Of a DNA stretch of 39,675 bases, positions 1 to 7,287 are shown in pieces; the stretch's first letter is position 1; every line of letters starts with the position of its first letter. Both the position numbers and the translations under genes were made by a program. The notes below the pieces were generated by a model. That model was not told the DNA's origin. It worked only from the letters and a program-made list of their open reading frames with translations, and ran no database searches. The DNA is taken from IMG/VR virus record IMGVR_UViG_3300045988_038155, one strand, 5' to 3'. This DNA is from a virus.

Positions 1-51
1 AACTGATTTGTAATCAGTGGGTTGCAGGTTCAACTCCTGTCACCAGCTCCA
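1..51 (+). tRNA. tRNA-Thr(UGU), 3' portion only (anticodon arm to CCA); the 5' part lies left of the window
   Basis: Anticodon stem ACTGA/TCAGT with loop TTTGTAA (anticodon TGT at 9-11). T arm GCAGG-TTCAACT-CCTGT. Acceptor 3' strand CACCAGC, discriminator T, CCA at 49-51. Confidence 0.8.
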
Positions 52-55
52 AAAA
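1..55 (+). repeat. attL core, direct repeat identical to 39621-39675
   Basis: Exact 55-nt match read at both ends (aactgatttgtaatcagtgggttgcaggttcaactcctgtcaccagctccaaaaa). Confidence 0.9.
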
Positions 56-58
56 TAA

Positions 59-102
59 ACGCACGAACGATTAAAACGAATCGTCCGTGCGTTTTTCTTT
101 TT
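59..102. terminator. Bidirectional intrinsic terminator (follows the tRNA on +, follows int on -)
   Basis: 14-bp stem with 1 mismatch (59-72 pairs with 79-92). T-run 92-102 on +, and ttattttt on the - strand. Confidence 0.7.
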
Positions 103-162
103 GTTTGAAATGCCTTAAAATCTCTTGAATGAACGTGACAATCTAACAAACAATCTAACAAA

Positions 163-1296
163 TCAATACTTCATCTTTCGCATTTCCTGCAACAGATAAT
201 TCGGGTCATTGTGGGAGACGTACTTGTTTGCTGTGGTGGAGAAATTTTTGTGACCCAAGATGGCTTGCACGGCAGTCTTTTCCAGGCCGCACTCCACCAT
301 CTTGCTGCTGGCCGTGTGGCGCAGCGTATGCGGATGCACCCCCTCTATATGGCACTCCTGCATCAAGGCCCGAAACTTTGTAGCCACGTTGCGCTTGTCC
401 AGCTTTGTACCGGCTTTGGACGGTATCAGCCACTCACAGCCGCTGTCAAGCATCCAAAAGGCAATAATTTTATAAATGGGGTCCAAAATAGGGATAATGC
501 GGTTTTTGCCCGCCTCGGTCTTTTCGCCGCCCTGCATATACCGCTCTTTTAGATGCACATCGTCGCAGCGCATGGAGAGCAGCTCATCGATACGCATACC
601 GGTGTAGAGCAGCACCATTGCGATTTGCGCTGTCTGCCCAAGCTTCGGGTCGTCTTGTCGGCTGCTTATTTGCTCTATCTCTTGAGCGGTCAAGGTGCGC
701 TCTGCCTTGCCTGTAGCCGCTGGGAGCTGCAAGAGCATGGCATAGTTTTTGTTTATGATGTCCTGAGCCATCGCCCACTCGCAGATCTGGCTGAAAAGTG
801 TGCGCTGCTTTTCGCAGGAGCTGCGGGAGAGGCCCTTTTCCACCATCTGGTCAATCACCTGTTGATAGTCTGCGGCTTTTAAGTCCCGGAGCTGTCGGTC
901 ATACAGCGGCGCAGCCTTTGCATAGGCCAGCTCATAACCCTTTTTCATGTCAGTGCTGAGCTTGTCAAATTTGGGCTGCGCTTTCCATTGGGCGTAGGCA
1001 TCCGCAAAAGTGCATTTCAGACGCGCTGCGGGGGTGTTCTGGGCGTTGTAAGCGTCCAGCGCTTGTACTGCTTCACCCGGCGTCGCAAACGTCCCCAGAA
1101 CGTCTCGCTTGGCTGTCAGGGCCACATACGGTTTTGACCTCGTCCCGCTCAACTTATATACACTGCCGCTGCCCTTTGGGCGGCGGCGCTTTTTTCTTTG
1201 CTGCGGGGCGGCTTCGGGCTGCTTCTTGCCGCAGTAGGGGCAAAAAGATGCGTCGTCCGGGATTTCCCGACGGCAGCAAGCGCGAATGCACTTCAA
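163..1296 (-). CDS. int: Tyrosine recombinase/integrase with N-terminal zinc-ribbon
   Basis: C-terminal HTLRHT...LGH...Y catalytic motifs. N-terminal CCRRE..CPYCGKK. TTG start overlaps the upstream stop (TTGA). Adjacent to attL. Confidence 0.9.
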   Translation of the reverse strand: MKCIRACCRREIPDDASFCPYCGKKQPEAAPQQRKKRRRPKGSGSVYKLSGTRSKPYVALTAKRDVLGTFATPGEAVQALDAYNAQNTPAARLKCTFADAYAQWKAQPKFDKLSTDMKKGYELAYAKAAPLYDRQLRDLKAADYQQVIDQMVEKGLSRSSCEKQRTLFSQICEWAMAQDIINKNYAMLLQLPAATGKAERTLTAQEIEQISSRQDDPKLGQTAQIAMVLLYTGMRIDELLSMRCDDVHLKERYMQGGEKTEAGKNRIIPILDPIYKIIAFWMLDSGCEWLIPSKAGTKLDKRNVATKFRALMQECHIEGVHPHTLRHTASSKMVECGLEKTAVQAILGHKNFSTTANKYVSHNDPNYLLQEMRKMKY

Positions 1297-1886
1297 AGCT
1301 CTTCACCTCGCTTTGCGGTATAGTCGGCCTCGCCGCTCTTCGCGGCCTCTTTTCCCGCCTGGTATGCCGACTGCAGCAGACTCACCGGAGGCTGGACTTC
1401 CCACGGGATCGGGTCTGTTCCTGTAGCCACGGCAAACCCGTAATTGTCCAGTATTTGGCCGCAGACGGATACCTTGTTTTGCAAGGGAGTATGCAGATTC
1501 GCGCACACCTCAGCAAACACCGCCGGTGGATAGCTGCCATGTCGGCCCAAAAGGATAAACAGCACCATCTCTTTTACAATTCGCGGCGCTGTGCGAAAGT
1601 ATTCTGTAAGCGCCTCATCCAGCTCTTCGTCTGATTTGCGCTGTACGGGCTCTTTATAAAGTTCTGGGTGCAGCATTTCTTGCATGGCGGGGAGCGGAGA
1701 AGTCCCGCAAGCCTCGAACCAGTCCATTATCTTGTCAGCTGGTGGGCTGGACGCCCCGCACTCCCAGCTCTGGATCGTAGCCTTTCCCTTGTTGATCCGG
1801 CGGGCCATGTCGACTTGGCTCAAGCCTGCCGCGACTCTGGCCCGCGCCAATGCGACACCAAGCTTTTCCGCAGTAAAGTAGCTCAT
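1293..1886 (-). CDS. XRE-family HTH protein (repressor-like), translationally coupled to int
   Basis: N-terminal HTH LSQVDMARRINKGKATIQSWECG. ATG at 1886 follows GTGAGG. Its stop overlaps the int start. Confidence 0.75.
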   Translation of the reverse strand: MSYFTAEKLGVALARARVAAGLSQVDMARRINKGKATIQSWECGASSPPADKIMDWFEACGTSPLPAMQEMLHPELYKEPVQRKSDEELDEALTEYFRTAPRIVKEMVLFILLGRHGSYPPAVFAEVCANLHTPLQNKVSVCGQILDNYGFAVATGTDPIPWEVQPPVSLLQSAYQAGKEAAKSGEADYTAKRGEEL

Positions 1887-1904
1887 CAATTATAACCTCA
1901 CAAA

Positions 1905-1997
1905 TTTCCATGCCATAAAAACAAAAAGTGACATGGGAAAAACCCATGCCACTCGACAGAGCGGAAGTCCTTCAAGTTTTCCCATAAAATGGTAAAA
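1905..1997. promoter_or_regulatory. Operator-like half-site repeats ATGG(G/T)AAAA / TTTTCCCAT
   Basis: Palindrome CATGGG-aaaaa-CCCATG at 1932-1948. 21-bp imperfect palindrome TTTTCCCAT-aaa-ATGGTAAAA at 1977-1997. Weaker TTTCCAT at 1905-1911. AT-rich divergent intergenic region. Confidence 0.4.
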
Positions 1998-2043
1998 TCT
2001 AAAACAAGTTGGACAAATTGAACAAAAACAGAGGTGAAATAAA

Positions 2044-2154
2044 ATGGATTTCGAGCAAAGAAACGGCAAAGAAAACGAAATGACCATCATTGACGGGATG
2101 CCTGCCACCATTTTGACCGGCACGGCCCGAACACCTGAACCTTGGGAGGACTAA
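2044..2154 (+). CDS. Possible 36-aa small ORF
   Basis: AGAGGTGA lies 7 nt upstream of the ATG. The stop is 2 nt before the next ATG. It is below the ORF-track cutoff, and a candidate -10 (TAAAAT 2040-2045) overlaps its ATG, which argues against it. Confidence 0.25.
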   Translation: MDFEQRNGKENEMTIIDGMPATILTGTARTPEPWED

Positions 2155-2156
2155 AG

Positions 2157-2366
2157 ATGGACAAGATGAAGCTGTTTTGCACCCACATCCGCGCCGCGCT
2201 GGCCTGCTATGAGGATATGCCGCCCGAGGGACAGGCTCGGGCTCGACTTTTTGTGATCCGCAAGTCCGGGGATCTCCGGCAGCTCAAGGCTGCAGCAGAC
2301 GCACCCGGTGGGGAGCTTGCCGCTGAACTGTTGCAAAAAATGCAACAACCTTGCAACCACGGATAG
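2157..2366 (+). CDS. Hypothetical protein (69 aa)
   Basis: GGAGGA lies 5 nt upstream of ATG 2157. Followed by an 8-bp hairpin AACGTGCA/TGCACGTT. Confidence 0.6.
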   Translation: MDKMKLFCTHIRAALACYEDMPPEGQARARLFVIRKSGDLRQLKAAADAPGGELAAELLQKMQQPCNHG

Positions 2367-2489
2367 CAACGTGCATATTTTGCACGTTGTTCGCGCAAAA
2401 CGCGCGTATTTAGCAAAAAGTCAGCGTAAATTTCAACGATTCAGCACAAATGCTAAATTTTTTGCGCATTTTTGCGCGATTAAATGTGC

Positions 2490-2519
2490 TTGACGAAATA
2501 CAATCAACGGTTGTATAAT
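2490..2519 (+). promoter_or_regulatory. Near-consensus sigma70-type promoter facing the 3' end of the convergent 246-aa gene
   Basis: TTGACG (2490-2495), 18-nt spacer, TATAAT (2514-2519). Flanked by CGGTTGT repeats. Confidence 0.4.
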
Positions 2520-2535
2520 GCGGTTGTGAAAAAGT

Positions 2536-3276
2536 TTACTGTTTCTTGCGATATATAACTTCAAGGCCGTAATCCGGATGATAAGACCAAGAGACCGTTA
2601 CCTTGTCAAACTCTTCTAGTTGACGCCCATCGATGGCGCGAGTCTTCAACATTTCTTGATAAATCCAGTCCGGAAGGCCAAAAAATTTGTTGAACTTCTG
2701 GATTTCATTGAGTGCACTATCTTGAGACAGAGACCCGCCAGAGATGTTTGACGGATTTGTGTCGATCATGAGGTAAGACTCGTCATCGGCCAGCGTGACG
2801 GTCGTGTTTGTATAAAGATCGCTGAACAACTTGAAATTTGGTTCAACATTGTGGCTGTAGATGACCTCCCACAGGCAATCCTGAATCGAAGTATACTCTT
2901 TTTCTCCGTCAGATTTTTCCGCAACTCTTTCGGTGATCCAGATGATTGGCATTCCATCATCAGCTGGAATCTGGACTTCGCCTTTAAGCGTAATGGCCTG
3001 ATTCTCGAAAATTTCTCTGCAATATTCATACACGCCGTTTCTGACGGCGGCATACCATCGCTGCCCATCGTCAGAAACCACAGAAAAGCACTTAAAATCC
3101 CACTTGTTGCCTTTGTATGTGTCAAGGTATGTATAGTAGTAGTTGAAATCCGGGATTCCTGAGAACTCAATGTACGAGCCTTTTTTATATTGAGTCTCCG
3201 CCGCAAAGGCTGTCGTGGCAAAAGGGATGGACAACGCCGCAGCCAGCCCCAATGCAAGAAATATTCTTCTTTTCAT
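2536..3276 (-). CDS. Secreted protein of unknown function (moron)
   Basis: Sec signal MKRRIFLALGLAAALSIPFATTAFA|AE. RBS GTGAGGTA. Visibly lower GC than the phage core. Confidence 0.8.
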   Translation of the reverse strand: MKRRIFLALGLAAALSIPFATTAFAAETQYKKGSYIEFSGIPDFNYYYTYLDTYKGNKWDFKCFSVVSDDGQRWYAAVRNGVYEYCREIFENQAITLKGEVQIPADDGMPIIWITERVAEKSDGEKEYTSIQDCLWEVIYSHNVEPNFKLFSDLYTNTTVTLADDESYLMIDTNPSNISGGSLSQDSALNEIQKFNKFFGLPDWIYQEMLKTRAIDGRQLEEFDKVTVSWSYHPDYGLEVIYRKKQ

Positions 3277-3366
3277 GATTTATACCTCACATATACAAAA
3301 ATAGGCAGCCAACCAGCCGCCGTAAAACTAAGTTATCAACGAACTTTGCCAAAGGAGGAAAATAAA

Positions 3367-3498
3367 GTGCAAGAAAATAGCACAAAATTGATGAAAGAAA
3401 CCACAGAATGTGTTATACTTGAGAAAATCAAGCTTGCACTTTCCCTTGGTATCGACGTGGATAAACTTTTAGAGGAGGCCAAATATGCCGCGTGTTGA
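3367..3498 (+). CDS. Possible 43-aa ORF resembling the C-terminal half of an HTH domain
   Basis: AAAGGAGGAA lies upstream of GTG 3367. The sequence ILEKIKLALSLGIDVDKLLEE is HTH-tail-like. Confidence 0.3.
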   Translation: MQENSTKLMKETTECVILEKIKLALSLGIDVDKLLEEAKYAAC

Positions 3499-3868
3499 GT
3501 TTTTGCTCTGTCTGCTTCTCATTCCGGAAATAGTCATCGCATCCATTCTGATCTGGGAGTTCTTCGACGCAAACAACTTTGCACTTTTTAAGAAAACGGT
3601 AAAGGTGAGCGATGTCCCCGTCAACCTGGCCCATGAAAGCAACAAGATGTTTCAAGTCGAGACAATCCATACCGGCGTGACCCTTGCAGACATCTGCGAG
3701 CTTTGTCCTAGATCCTTTTTCCGGGTGAAGGACGGAAAGGGAGGGTATATCCGTATCGACACGACAAAGGCAAAAGGCCAGAAACTGGAATACTACCGGA
3801 CAGTGTACATCAAAAAGGTAAATGCCAAAAACTACGAGCTGGAAGCCGTAGACCCCTCGCTCCTTTGA
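3485..3868 (+). CDS. Membrane protein, unknown function
   Basis: GAGGAGG lies 7 nt upstream of the ATG. N-terminal TM helix FLLCLLLIPEIVIASILIW. Confidence 0.7.
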   Translation: MPRVEFLLCLLLIPEIVIASILIWEFFDANNFALFKKTVKVSDVPVNLAHESNKMFQVETIHTGVTLADICELCPRSFFRVKDGKGGYIRIDTTKAKGQKLEYYRTVYIKKVNAKNYELEAVDPSLL

Positions 3869-4209
3869 GAGAGAAGAAGGGTTAAGAGAGCGGAGATGAC
3901 CGCGATCGCAGCACTTTGAAGGAACTGCTTTCGCGAGATTCTCTGCTCTCTTTGCTGTTTCAGGAAGTAAGTTCTTCCCTTCGCGGTCAGAATCATGCAC
4001 GGCACCACGACAGCACCGTTGTCTTTCTGCTGGACTTTGCGCTGTATCTCGACAAGACCATCCGAAACCATCAGATCTGCAAGCACCGGGGCATCCGCTT
4101 TGAACTTTTCTGCAAAGACGGGAGTCGGAGTGTCCGGCGCTGTCGGGCACTTCTCGTAAATATTAAGAAGAAAATTGAGCGCTTCTTCTTCCCGCTTCAG
4201 GTCAACCAT
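3832..4209 (-). CDS. Hypothetical protein with C-terminal TM anchor, co-transcribed with the cI-like gene
   Basis: Overlaps the upstream HTH gene stop by 8 nt. C-terminal hydrophobic segment AAIAVISALLTLLL. Confidence 0.65.
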   Translation of the reverse strand: MVDLKREEEALNFLLNIYEKCPTAPDTPTPVFAEKFKADAPVLADLMVSDGLVEIQRKVQQKDNGAVVVPCMILTAKGRTYFLKQQREQRISRKQFLQSAAIAVISALLTLLLSQRSEGSTASSS

Positions 4210-4549
4210 TTTTCTTCAGTTTCTCAGCTATCGCTGCATCCAGCATACTATTAAATAGCGTGCGCGTAGGTTCATCCAGCTGCATAAGCTTTTCTGCAAA
4301 AGACTTTGCCTGTTCATCCAGCCCATCACCCTCCGGGGTGCTGGGCTTTTCTTTTTGCTCAGTTTCACCGGTGAGCTCCTCAGACGGAACATTAAAAAAT
4401 GTGGCAATTTTTTCAATCGTCGCTTTTCTTGGTGCTGATCCATTGCTCCATCTGGTGACGACAGAGCGCTGAAAGCCCATTTCTTCCGCAACGGCTGACG
4501 GAGATTTCCCAATCTTGTTACAAAGGCGCACAAAGTTCAAGTAAAACAA
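4202..4549 (-). CDS. cI-like XRE-family HTH repressor
   Basis: HTH LCNKIGKSPSAVAEEMGFQRSVVTRWSNG. GGAGGTG lies 7 nt upstream of TTG 4549. The ORF-track start at 4690 is very unlikely. Divergent to the cro-like gene. Confidence 0.75.
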   Translation of the reverse strand: MFYLNFVRLCNKIGKSPSAVAEEMGFQRSVVTRWSNGSAPRKATIEKIATFFNVPSEELTGETEQKEKPSTPEGDGLDEQAKSFAEKLMQLDEPTRTLFNSMLDAAIAEKLKKNG

Positions 4550-4587
4550 AATGACACCTCCGTTTTTGTGCAAACATACAAAAGTGA

Positions 4588-4664
4588 ACAAACGCAACAA
4601 AATGTCTTGACTGTTGCGTTTGTTTGCACTATACTGTTCTTGTTGGATGTAAACAAACGCAACA
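4588..4664. promoter_or_regulatory. Genetic-switch core: three 12-bp operators plus face-to-face divergent promoters
   Basis: ACAAACGCAACA at 4588-4599 and 4653-4664, inverted at 4612-4623. On +: TTGACT (4607-4612), 17 nt, TATACT (4630-4635). On -: TTGTTT (complement of 4651-4656), 17 nt, TATAGT (complement of 4628-4633). Confidence 0.7.
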
Positions 4665-4723
4665 CAAGAGACGCCTAAAACAAGAGGCATTTGCTTGTTA
4701 GCTATTAAGTACTTCGCACCTAC

Positions 4724-4752
4724 ATAATAGCACGTTTTGTGAACATTTGCAA
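4724..4752 (-). promoter_or_regulatory. Second upstream promoter candidate for the cI-like gene
   Basis: On the - strand: TTGCAA (4747-4752), 17 nt, TATTAT (complement of 4724-4729). Confidence 0.4.
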
Positions 4753-4783
4753 CAAGTATTTTGACACGGCGATAAGAAAAAAT

Positions 4784-4815
4784 CTGCCTGTAGTCGCTTC
4801 ACAGACAGACTTTTT
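4784..4815 (+). terminator. Terminator-like hairpin inside the long rightward leader
   Basis: CTGCCTGT (4784-4791) pairs with ACAGACAG (4801-4808) with 1 mismatch, followed by TTTTT at 4811-4815. Confidence 0.3.
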
Positions 4816-5147
4816 ACCGATTTGTCACCAGAACGCACCTGCACCCAAGCGGTAATGCAAACTTGCTCGTCTGCACATCTTTTTCGGGCATTTGCGCCGC
4901 AAAAGTAACGCCGGGGCTGCAAAAGCGACTTACAGTTCTATTGGTACGTCGCTCACTTTAGCGGGTCGGTTCCGCTGAATTTTTCAGCCTTAGGCATTGC
5001 GCACTTGCTCGTGTCTGGAACAGGCTGGTTCAAAAAGTCCTTCAATTTGCATCGAACTTCCTTTCTTGCCAGTATCTAAGGCTTGAACAGTATAACAAAT
5101 CGGTGCGCCGTTGTCAATTTATTAACACATAACAGGGAGGTGGAAGA

Positions 5148-5348
5148 GTGCCTGAACCGTGGACTGGCCGCCTGATTGGCCGAATGCACAATAACGAGGT
5201 CACGCTGGATCAGCTTGCAGAACGTCTGGGGTGGACAAAGAGCTATTGCTCGATGATCCTGAACAGCAAGCGCAAGCCCAGCGGCATCCGCGAGAAGATG
5301 GAAGCCGCAGTCAGCGAACTGATCAAAGAAAAGGAGGCCAAAGCATGA
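5148..5348 (+). CDS. Cro-like small HTH regulator
   Basis: GGGAGGTGG RBS and GTG start. HTH VTLDQLAERLGWTKSYCSMILNS. Divergent to the cI-like gene. Confidence 0.7.
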   Translation: MPEPWTGRLIGRMHNNEVTLDQLAERLGWTKSYCSMILNSKRKPSGIREKMEAAVSELIKEKEAKA

Positions 5349-6160
5349 ACAACCTTATACCCATCAGCTACGACAACCCGGAGCGCCCCACTGTGAGTGG
5401 TCGGGAGCTGCACGATTTCTTGGAAGTCGGCGCAGATTATCGCCACTGGTTCCCCCGTATGTGTGAGTACGGCTTTACTGAGGGCGAAGATTTCAACTCG
5501 GTCAAAATTGACCGGGTTCAGAATGAGGGCGGGCGGATGGTCAGCCGAACACTCGATGACCACCAACTCACCATCCCAATGGCCAAAGAGCTCTGCATGA
5601 TCCAGCGCAACGAGCGTGGCAAGCAGGCCCGGCAGTATTTCTTGGCCGTGGAGGCGCAGTGGAACAGCCCGGAAGCGGTCATGCGCCGTGCGGTGCTTAT
5701 TGCAGACCGCAAAGTGAAAGAGCTGCAAAGCGTGAACCGCAGCCTGCTGGCCGAGAACAACGAGCTGAAGCCGGATGCAGAGTATGCCCGGGCGGTGTGC
5801 GTGGGCAAGAACTGCCGCACCACTACCACCCTTGCCAAGGATTACGGCCTGAGCGCCGAGAAACTCAACAGAATCCTTCACGGCCTGAAGATCCAGTACA
5901 AGACCAGCGACGGCCAGTGGGTGCTATACGCCAAGTATTGCGGCAAGGGCTACACCAAAAACCGCAAATCCACGCCGTTCCAGCACAAGAGCACCGGCGA
6001 GTGGGACACCAAGAACACCACCGTATGGACGGAAGCGGGTCAGCGGTTTATCTATGAGCAGCTCAAGGCCGTGGGAATGCTGCCCAGCGTGGAGCGCAGG
6101 CAAAGCGTGGAGCAGATGGAGCTTGCTGCCCAGCAGCACAACCAGGACGGCGTGGCGTAA
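5345..6160 (+). CDS. Phage antirepressor (AntA-like N-terminal domain plus KilA-C-like C-terminal domain)
   Basis: AAGGAGG RBS and ATGA overlap. RELHDFLEV..HWFPRMCEYGFTEGEDF and MAKELCMIQRNERGKQARQYF are typical antirepressor motifs. C-terminal TTLAKDYGLSAEKLNRIL. Confidence 0.75.
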   Translation: MNNLIPISYDNPERPTVSGRELHDFLEVGADYRHWFPRMCEYGFTEGEDFNSVKIDRVQNEGGRMVSRTLDDHQLTIPMAKELCMIQRNERGKQARQYFLAVEAQWNSPEAVMRRAVLIADRKVKELQSVNRSLLAENNELKPDAEYARAVCVGKNCRTTTTLAKDYGLSAEKLNRILHGLKIQYKTSDGQWVLYAKYCGKGYTKNRKSTPFQHKSTGEWDTKNTTVWTEAGQRFIYEQLKAVGMLPSVERRQSVEQMELAAQQHNQDGVA

Positions 6161-6185
6161 ACAATATATTTTGGAGGTTACTATT

Positions 6186-6818
6186 ATGAAAAAGCTGCAT
6201 GTGAAAGCTACGTTTATTGAGCCGGTGCTGGGCACATGGCCCGCAAACCCCAATGTGGCCCGCGAGTTTATCGCCAGCAAGTCGCCGGATGCTGCCACCA
6301 TCGAGGATGAAGTGGCAGCTCTTGGCCCCGATGCGGTAGCTGACAAGGGCATGACTGTTTTCCCGCGTGACCCAGACGGCAATCCGATCTTTTACGATTA
6401 CCAGATCAAAGGCATGTTTAAGGATGCTTGCGGTATGCTTTCCCGCATCGGTGGCAAGACCGAAACTGGCAAGAAGAAGGCCGTGAACGAAAGCGGCAAG
6501 CTGACTGCTTACAAGAAGGTCATTGACGGCCTGATCTTCGTTTCACCCCGGATGATTCCCATTGACATAAACGGAACGATTGGCGAATGCCAGCGCCCGC
6601 TCCGCGCACAGACCGCACAGGGCGAGCGCGTGAGCCTTGCCAACAGTGAGGAAATCCCGGCGGGCAGCACCTGCGAGTTTGACGTGATCCTTCTTGACGA
6701 CAGCCACGAAAAGGTTGTGCGTGAGTGGTTGGATTATGGCATCCTGCGCGGCATCGGCCAGTGGCGCAACAGCGGAAAGGGCCGCTTTACCTACACCGCT
6801 TATGAGGTGAAGGCCTGA
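6186..6818 (+). CDS. Hypothetical protein with RAMP-like glycine-rich C-terminal loop
   Basis: GGAGG RBS before ATG 6186. C-terminal GIGQWRNSGKG fits the GhGxxxxxGxG pattern. No family recognised. Confidence 0.7.
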   Translation: MKKLHVKATFIEPVLGTWPANPNVAREFIASKSPDAATIEDEVAALGPDAVADKGMTVFPRDPDGNPIFYDYQIKGMFKDACGMLSRIGGKTETGKKKAVNESGKLTAYKKVIDGLIFVSPRMIPIDINGTIGECQRPLRAQTAQGERVSLANSEEIPAGSTCEFDVILLDDSHEKVVREWLDYGILRGIGQWRNSGKGRFTYTAYEVKA

Positions 6819-7250
6819 GAGCAAGGGCATGGCATTGACGGCCCTGATTCGCGGAGGCGGTGCGATGCAGAGCTTGGCAACGGCAAGGCGATGCATGGTG
6901 AGGCAAGGCGAAGCAGTGGCATAGCGTCGTGAGGTAAAGAGAGGCAGAGCAAAGGCATAGCTTGGCGCTGCGATGCGCGGCGAAGGCTATGAGGTGAACT
7001 GCTGTGCAGTGGCGGAGCAGCGGCACTGAGAAGCACAGAGCAGCGAGGCGAAGGAAAAGCGGAGAGTAGCGGAGCGATGGCATAGTACCGCGCCGTCGCG
7101 AATGGCAGAGCAAAGGAATGGCAGAGAAAAGCGCTGATGTGATTTGCGAAGGAAAAGTGGTGCACCGTAACGATTCGCTGCGGCAAGGTTTTGCTTCGGA
7201 TGCATTGGCATGGCAGCGCGACACACTGCGACGGCACAGCAAAGAGAAGA
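6819..7250 (+). repeat. Purine-rich, low-complexity non-coding block with scattered short repeats
   Basis: No + strand ORF. Recurring words are ggcaaggcga, gcagagcaaagg, gcgaaggaaaag and ggcatag. 45 of 60 bases are purines in line 6901-6960. The three overlapping - strand ORFs are artefacts of pyrimidine bias. Confidence 0.6.
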
Positions 7251-7287
7251 GATTTTATTAAACATTTTATTAAAAGGAGAAACGAGC

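Noticed and set aside
4698-4922. 74-aa reverse ORF in the switch leader, and a 77-aa reverse ORF at 1890..2123.
   Set aside because: Neither has an RBS. Both have Cys-rich, odd composition and lie in AT-rich regulatory intergenic DNA containing promoters and operators.
5231-5344. N-terminal extensions given by the ORF track (for example 5231, 6054, 7210, 7576, 8146, 11675, 14615, 23263, 32526, 32858 and 4690).
   Set aside because: The extensions overlap the preceding genes, lack SD sequences and translate to Arg/Pro/Gln-rich junk. Internal starts with GGAGG-type SD sites give the recognisable protein N-termini.
6819-7250. Possible CRISPR-like array next to the RAMP-like gene.
   Set aside because: The recurring words are short (7-12 nt), irregularly spaced (for example ggcatag at 6918, 6954 and 7079) and not separated by unique spacers of constant length. 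No repeat of CRISPR size was found.
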